A DNA stretch of 64,000 bases from an uncultured Chloroflexia bacterium (GTDB taxonomy: Bacteria > Chloroflexota > Dehalococcoidia > SM23-28-2 > RBG-16-64-32). Positions within the stretch are counted from its first letter, which is position 1. Each line of letters begins with the position of its first letter. The notes below the pieces were generated by a model. That model had not been told where the DNA came from. It did not search any database and saw only the letters and a program-made list of their open reading frames with translations. Positions 58,372 to 64,000 of this stretch are shown here, piece by piece. The DNA is taken from the NCBI GenBank assembly GCA_963738925.1, contig CAVTYE010000002.1:41902-105901 (forward strand). Reading direction: 5' to 3'. The position numbers were made by a program, and so were the translations under genes.

Positions 58372-59334
58372 TCAGTCGTGGCTGTGCGCGGCGGCGGCCG
58401 GCGACCTGTCCAGCGAATCCGCCGGCAGCGGCAGGGAGTACAGCACGTCCACGTGGTGGTGGTGGAACTCGAACGACCAGTACAGCGCCACCGCCCGCTC
58501 GTTCGTCGACTCCACGTAGACTGCGCCGGCGTTGACGTCGCGGTTGCTCAGGTGTCGCAGCGCCTCGCCCAGCAGGTAGCGGCCCAATCCTCGCCCGTGC
58601 ACCTCCGGCGCCGTCCCGATGATGTAGATCTCGCCGATCCGCCCTTCAGAGCCGCGCTCCTGCACCTTCACCCAGCAGAAGCCGGCCAGCTCGCCTTCCA
58701 CCTCCAGCATCAGCACGTCGTCCGGGTGGAACCACGGCTGAGCCATCCGCGCGTACAGGTCGTCCAGGGTCCAGCTGCCGTTCTCCGGGTGCTCGGCGAA
58801 GATCCGGTTGTTCAGGGCCAGCCAGCGCTCCTCGTCCTCGCCGGGGCGGAAAGAGCGGATCGTCACTCCTGGCGGCGTCCCCACTACCGGCGGCGGCCCG
58901 GGGTGACGGTGCATGTGCAGCAGCTTGCGCGTCGGCTGCAGGTGGAAGGCCGTCATCATCCCGCGGCTCGCGGCCGAGTCGTTATAGGCCCAGAGGTCCA
59001 GACGCGCCGCCTCCTGCGCCTCCGCGTGGCGGATCACGAACGTCATCAGCGCCCCGCCGATGCCGGAGAGCCTGTGCTCCGGGTGCACCACCAGCTCACA
59101 GGAGACGCGCCGCTCCTCGCCGGCCTCAAACGTCAGCGTGTGCGCGTAGCCCACCAGGTGCTTGCCTTCGTAGGCCAGGAACCCGATCGCCAGGTCGTTG
59201 CCGCGGCGCAGGTGCAGGAACTTGTGCTCACCGATCGGGTCGTGGCCGTCGGCCTCCGTAGCGGCGGCGATAAGCTCCGCCAGCTCGTCGATGTGTTCGC
59301 CTTCGAGCCTGGAGATGATTTCGATGTGGTGCAT
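58372..59334 (-). CDS. mshD: Mycothiol synthase-like tandem GNAT
   Basis: AATEADG..P..E, ELVVHPEHR, LNNRIFAEHPENGSWT, QPWFHP, GFCWVK, GEIYIIG, YVESTN. Confidence 0.82.
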   Translation of the reverse strand: MHHIEIISRLEGEHIDELAELIAAATEADGHDPIGEHKFLHLRRGNDLAIGFLAYEGKHLVGYAHTLTFEAGEERRVSCELVVHPEHRLSGIGGALMTFVIRHAEAQEAARLDLWAYNDSAASRGMMTAFHLQPTRKLLHMHRHPGPPPVVGTPPGVTIRSFRPGEDEERWLALNNRIFAEHPENGSWTLDDLYARMAQPWFHPDDVLMLEVEGELAGFCWVKVQERGSEGRIGEIYIIGTAPEVHGRGLGRYLLGEALRHLSNRDVNAGAVYVESTNERAVALYWSFEFHHHHVDVLYSLPLPADSLDRSPAAAAHSHD

Positions 59335-59560
59335 ATCAGCGATAGAGTCCCGGAGGAAGAATGCGGGAACGGTGACGCGCTGCCAGTCGCGTGACGGCGC
59401 CGGTCCTTCGTTCCTGACTGTCATTTTATGCCCTGGCCTCTCTGAATCGCCATGTGTGTCGAATACGTTGCGAATGCCCCGGCACAGGCTTCCGCGCACG
59501 CTGTCTGTCGTACTATTGACGTATGAGCCACCCCGTCTCGTTACTGGAGGCTGATCTCGC

Positions 59561-60520
59561 ATGCCAGAGTCGATGAAAAAAGTCACCGTCGTTGTCGGCG
59601 CTTGCGTCGGCGCCTGTGCTGCCGTCGTTTCCATGCGCTGGCTCAAGCGCAGCCGCGAGGACACGCGCTGGGAAGAGGCGAAGCGCCCCGGCAAGCTGCT
59701 GGACATCGACGGCGTGCTCATCCACTACGTCGAGAAAGGTCACGGACCCGCGCTCGTCATGGTCCACGGCTTCGGCGGCGCGACCTTCAGCTTCCGCTAC
59801 CAGATGGCCGAGTTCTCCAAAGACCACCGCTGCGTCGCCATCGATCTCAAGGGCTTCGGCTACAGCCAGCGCGTGAAGGGCGGCGACTACTCGCTGACGG
59901 AACAGGCGCGGATCGTGCTGCGGGTGATGGACGCACTCGGCATTGAGAGCTGCGTCCTCATGGGCCACTCCATGGGCGGCGACGTCTCCATGCGCATCGC
60001 CGTCATGGCTCCGCATCGCGTCGAACGGCTGGTCCTGGCCGCCAGCTCGCCCGGCATGAAGCTCTGGGTGATGCCGCGCCTGCCCTTCCTGAGGCCGATT
60101 CTCCGGCTCAGTGTCCGCGCCTCGCTCGGCCGCTACCGCAAGCGCCTCTTTTACGACAGCAAGGCGATCGATGCCGAGGCCGTCTTCCAGGGCTACCTGG
60201 CGACTTCGCGCATCATCGGCTCCTTCAACACCGTCTGGGAGATGTGGAGCGGCATCCGCAAGGACAAGGCGATCGCTTACAAGCGAATCACCATGCCGGT
60301 GCTGATCCTCTGGGCGGAGAGGGAGCGGATCATCCCGTTCCCCGGCCTTGGCCTGCGCTGGCTGCGCCGGAAGCTGCCGAAAGCCGAGGTCGTGACCGTC
60401 CCGAAGACCGGCCATCTCCTCCTGGAAGAGCGCCCGGAAGCGTGCAACGCCGCGATCCGCGGCTTCCTCGGCGGCGCCGGCGAAGAACAGGTCCGCGAAG
60501 CCGTCCTGGCTGCGTCCTAG
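59561..60520 (+). CDS. Membrane-anchored alpha/beta hydrolase
   Basis: VHGFGG, IDLKGFGYS, GHSMGG, TGHLLLEE; GGAGG RBS. Confidence 0.9.
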   Translation: MPESMKKVTVVVGACVGACAAVVSMRWLKRSREDTRWEEAKRPGKLLDIDGVLIHYVEKGHGPALVMVHGFGGATFSFRYQMAEFSKDHRCVAIDLKGFGYSQRVKGGDYSLTEQARIVLRVMDALGIESCVLMGHSMGGDVSMRIAVMAPHRVERLVLAASSPGMKLWVMPRLPFLRPILRLSVRASLGRYRKRLFYDSKAIDAEAVFQGYLATSRIIGSFNTVWEMWSGIRKDKAIAYKRITMPVLILWAERERIIPFPGLGLRWLRRKLPKAEVVTVPKTGHLLLEERPEACNAAIRGFLGGAGEEQVREAVLAAS

Positions 60521-60526
60521 GGCCGC

Positions 60527-60955
60527 TTAGAGCCGGCGCTGGGCCTTCAGATCGTAGAAGCCCATGAACGGCGCGAACAGCGCCATCCCGAATAGCAGCA
60601 CGCCCAGCGGCAGGTGAATCGCCAGTTCCGTGGAGGTGCCGGCCGGGTCCTTGCCCGCTTCGCCCAGCCCCACCTGCACAAACGTCAGCACCAGCAGGGC
60701 GGCGTTGTGGCCGATCAGCCCGACGCCGAAAGTGCGCCGCGCCAAAAACGCCGCCAGCAGCTGCCCGGCCACGGTCAGGATCAGAACGTCGCCGATGATC
60801 CGGTGCACATCCGTCAGCCCATGGTGCCCATTGAAGAGGAACTCCCCGGCCAGGACCGGCTGCAGAAAGAACAGGGCAGCGCTCAGGATCGATACGAGGC
60901 GATACGCGGTCACGGGACCGCCCTTGTCCTGGGTCACCGGTGTCTGCTGGCTCAT
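60527..60955 (-). CDS. Small four-TM protein with His residues
   Basis: LQPVLAG, VH, VQVGLG, IHLPLG; strong GGGAGG RBS. Confidence 0.75.
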   Translation of the reverse strand: MSQQTPVTQDKGGPVTAYRLVSILSAALFFLQPVLAGEFLFNGHHGLTDVHRIIGDVLILTVAGQLLAAFLARRTFGVGLIGHNAALLVLTFVQVGLGEAGKDPAGTSTELAIHLPLGVLLFGMALFAPFMGFYDLKAQRRL

Positions 60956-61000
60956 GCGTCCCTCCCTTGCGCACCATTTCCCGCTATCGCGGTGCTTAGG

Positions 61001-61906
61001 TCAAGCGTCGCGCTCGACATAACCATGCTCGTGCACGCCGTAGCCCACCCGGTCGCCGTACGTCCACCTGGCGTAGCCTTCGCGCAGGCAGGCCGGCCCG
61101 AACCAGACGTTGCCGCTGGCGAACGCCATCTCGCCGCTGATCCGGTGCTCGCCGCCCTTTTCGTCCGTCATCCGCAGGTCGACGCCGGTGGCGCGGGTCT
61201 CGCCCTCCGTCGTCGCCACCTCCATCTCGATCCGCGGCAACGCCAGCACCTCGGTGCCGTCCCAAAGGCAGCCGACGAAGAACGGCTGCGGCATCCCGTC
61301 CAGCTTGATGCGGACGGCGTTGAACCAGAAGTTCCCGCCGAACTCGCCGCTGAGGTAGTCCCAGCGGTGGATCCTGGACCAGTCCCGCTCGCCGCCGAAG
61401 CTGTGGTCGCGGTGCCCGAAGCAGTCGATCTGGTGCACCTTCTCGCCGATCCGCAGCGTCCCTTTCACCGTCCCTGAGTGCTCAATGTGCCGCGGCGTCT
61501 GCTCGATAGTCGAGCCCGGCGGATGCGGCCACATCCCCGTCGGCAGGGCGCTCTCCCAGACCACGTCCAGGGCCACGCTGTCCCGCTCGAACGTCAGGTG
61601 GAAGCGCTCGCGTGGCTTCTCAACCTCGATCGTGTAGCCGCACATCGAAAGGGGAGCGCCATAGTCCGGCAGTTTGGCGCGCTGGTCGATCAGGCTGTAG
61701 AGCAGCGCTTCCGGGCTGGAGACCAGCAAGTAGAAGTTGCCGTAGCCTTTCACCGGCAGCATCCCGAACCGCGCCGCGAAAGCGATCTCCGCTTTCGCAT
61801 CCACGAACGTGAACCAGTAGCTCTCGTTCCACAGTGGCAGGGCGCCGGGACCGGGCGTGTGGCGCGCGTCGTCTTCCGGGCTCGCCATGTGCGTTGAACT
61901 GGCCAT
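61001..61906 (-). CDS. Beta-rich AttH/tocopherol-cyclase-like hypothetical protein
   Basis: WNESYWF, HIEHSG.V.G, GHRDHSFG.RDW motifs. Confidence 0.7.
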   Translation of the reverse strand: MASSTHMASPEDDARHTPGPGALPLWNESYWFTFVDAKAEIAFAARFGMLPVKGYGNFYLLVSSPEALLYSLIDQRAKLPDYGAPLSMCGYTIEVEKPRERFHLTFERDSVALDVVWESALPTGMWPHPPGSTIEQTPRHIEHSGTVKGTLRIGEKVHQIDCFGHRDHSFGGERDWSRIHRWDYLSGEFGGNFWFNAVRIKLDGMPQPFFVGCLWDGTEVLALPRIEMEVATTEGETRATGVDLRMTDEKGGEHRISGEMAFASGNVWFGPACLREGYARWTYGDRVGYGVHEHGYVERDA

Positions 61907-62071
61907 TCTTTACTCAACCTTTCCGGTAACTCCACCGCTGCTTTACATAGCGGCGATCCAGCTTGCAAACGGGTAACGAATCGAGACCCCTCCGCATCCT
62001 TTTAGAAGGCACGAGCCCGATCAGACCCAACGGACAATACACCAATATAGAGGCTTGGCCCGGAGGATTAT

Positions 62072-62715
62072 ATGTCGAACCAAGGCACGACCCGGATTTC
62101 GCGCGGGGCGCTGGCTACGTTTAGTGTCAGCCTGTCTCGTCCTCGTCGATCCTGACCCTGTTGACTGTCTGGCAGGCCGTTGTCCACAACAGCCAGGTCA
62201 ACGACGCCCAGACGCACGACCAGACCGCCGCCGCTTTCCAGTCTGCGGAGCAAGAGGGCCAGACCGCCGCGACGCTCCTGGAGAGCTACGTCGCCACCGG
62301 TGACGCCACCCTGATCCCGCAGATCCAGACCCACACCGCCAACGGCGGCCAGCAGCTGACCGCCGCCATCCAGGCGCTGGGCAGCGACCCCGGCGGCTTC
62401 GCCGACAAGGCCGGGCAGATGGTCCAGGCTTCCGGCCAGGTCGTAGCGCTTCGGCAGGGTGGGGACGTCGCCGGCGCCGCCAGCCTTCTCACCGACCTCA
62501 GTCCGCAGTTCCAGCAGTTCGTATCCGCCCAGGACGCTGTGATCACCTCCGAGCAGCAGGCCGCTGCTGACGCCCGGTCCTCCGCTGACAACGCCGGTTC
62601 CGCTGCCGTTGGGCTGGCCATCGTTGCCGGTATCTTCGGCCTCGGCATCGTCATTGGCGGGCTCGTCCTCGTCGGCCGCAGCTCCCGCCGGCGCGCCGTA
62701 GGCGCATCGGCCTAA
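62072..62715 (+). CDS. Two-TM protein with extracytoplasmic helical sensor-like domain and no output domain (indels ~62133-62146)
   Basis: GGAGG RBS + ATG at 62072; helical domain; C-terminal TM followed by RSSRRR and stop. Confidence 0.75.
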
Positions 62716-62824
62716 CCCAGAATCACAATCCACCGGCGGCAGCGGAGTGGTTGGGCCTTCGGGCCTGGCGCCGTTGCCGCCGGTTGAGTCATTTATATGA
62801 GCGCCGTCGCACACAAGGAGATAC

Positions 62825-64000
62825 ATGGCAACATCCGGCCGCGCGACCGTCGCGGACCGGGTGTGCTGGGGCGCTTCCTGCCCTCCTCTGTGCGCTGGCT
62901 CGTCATCGTCGGCTTCGGCCTGCTCATCGTCCTCCTGGCCTGCATCACCCTCGGCGCGGCCTGGCAGGTGCGTCAGCACCAGGCTGATCTGACGGAGCTG
63001 GAGTACCACTCCAACGAGGCCTCACTCTTGCAGAACGCCGAAGCCCAGGCGGGCATCGCGGCGCTGCTGCTCCAGCGCTACGTCGCCGCCGGGACTGATA
63101 CCGATGTCGCCGAGATCAACGAGCATGCCGACAAGGCCCAGGCCAGCCTCGTGGCAGCGCTCGCCGCCGGCGGACCCGCGGGGCTAGACGGCGTTGTCTC
63201 CAGCGGCTCAACCCTTGTGCTCGAGGCTGCCCGCTCCGCACAGCTCAGGGAGCAGGGCAACCTCACTGAGGCCTCGGCCGTGCTGGAGGAGATCGTACCG
63301 ATCTTCAAGGACTACCGGCTCAAGCTGGAAGCGCTGGCGGCCCAGGAGATCGAGCAGGCCGACGACCTTCGCTCGCGGGCGAATGACGCCGGCGACCTCG
63401 CCTTCTGGCTGATCGTCTCATCCGGCGTCGTCGGCATCGCCCTAGCCCTCGCCGCGTCCTTCTGGATCGCACGCTCCATCATCAAGCCGCTGGGAGCGCT
63501 GGAGAAGACCGCTCGCCTCGTCTCAGCGGGCGATCTGGCCGCCAGGGCGCCCGTCGACGGGCCGCGCGAGTTCTCCCACCTGGGACTCGTCCTCAACGAG
63601 ATGATGAGCGCCATCGAAGAGCGCACCGCTGATCTGCGCACGGCGAACGAAGAGCTGAGCGAGAAGAACCGCGACCTCAACGCCGCCCGGACCGAGGCCG
63701 CCACCGACCCGCTGACCGGGCTCGGCAACCACCGCTCCTTCCACAGCCGCCTGCGGGCCGAAGTCGCCAGCGCCCAGGCGAGCGGCTCCAGCCTCGGACT
63801 CATCATCATCGACCTCGACGGCTTCAAGGACGTCAACGACTCCCTGGGCCATCTCGCCGGCGACCAGCTACTTCGCGACCTCGCCGGCAGCCTCTACGAG
63901 GTCACTCGCGGCGCTTACACCTACCGCTACGGCGGCGACGAGCTGGCCGTCCTCCTGCCCGGCGCAGACTGCTCCCAGGCCATGGACGTTGCGGACCGCC
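62825..64000 (+). CDS. Sensor-HAMP-GGDEF diguanylate cyclase (indel ~62862; runs off right edge; absent from ORF track)
   Basis: Own translation: TM, helical sensor, TM, ARSIIKPL..GDL HAMP, TDPLTGLGN, DLDGFKDVNDSLGHLAGD, YRYGGDEL; AAGGAG RBS. Confidence 0.92.

Noticed and set aside
59335-59721. N-terminal extension of the MshD ORF
   Set aside because: Overlaps the divergent hydrolase gene and its promoter; homology begins at Met 59334
61907-62071. c-di-GMP riboswitch upstream of the sensor/DGC pair
   Set aside because: Could not find the GEMM consensus elements by eye; an Rfam scan would be needed
1-64000. About 20 frameshifts (purD, purN, topA, dprA, hlyC, alaS, ku, ligD, coxB, ctaG, metF, yyaL, DGC and others) as pseudogenes or programmed frameshifting
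   Set aside because: They hit essential genes, are isolated 1-2 nt indels with intact motifs on both sides, and share no slippery motif; most consistent with sequencing/assembly error. Read mapping would confirm.

Overview
64 kb of high-GC bacterial chromosome. The gene complement (Dehalococcoides-style PurN, fused AroKB, heme-copper oxidase) suggests an aerobic Chloroflexota/Dehalococcoidia lineage; this is an inference. The left third is housekeeping: purD/purN, xseAB, efp, pepP, aroQ, xerC-topA-dprA, and alaS-ruvX-aroE-aroC-aroKB. It is followed by an NHEJ cluster (ku, ligD and a second ligase), a complete A1-type cytochrome c oxidase locus, nadE, iscA and metF. The right end holds a thiol/sulfur-redox region (YyaL, DinB-like, Prx, ssuD/ssuE, mshD) and a diguanylate cyclase that runs off the window. 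About 20 small indels break genes, including essential alaS and topA, so the sequence probably carries uncorrected long-read errors. No rRNA, tRNA, CRISPR or transposase was recognised. Most notable oddities: (1) an intact ligase ORF beside ku-ligD that lacks its catalytic lysines; (2) an ABM-like/transmembrane/cupredoxin fusion beside the oxidase operon, with a matching Rex/CRP-like box; (3) an output-less paralog of the diguanylate cyclase sensor domain; (4) ~240-bp ATCTG-armed direct repeats bracketing a GNAT gene, plus three other orphan repeat families; (5) a mycothiol-synthase homolog; (6) a HEPN-MNT-like fusion; (7) pervasive leaderless-type promoters.
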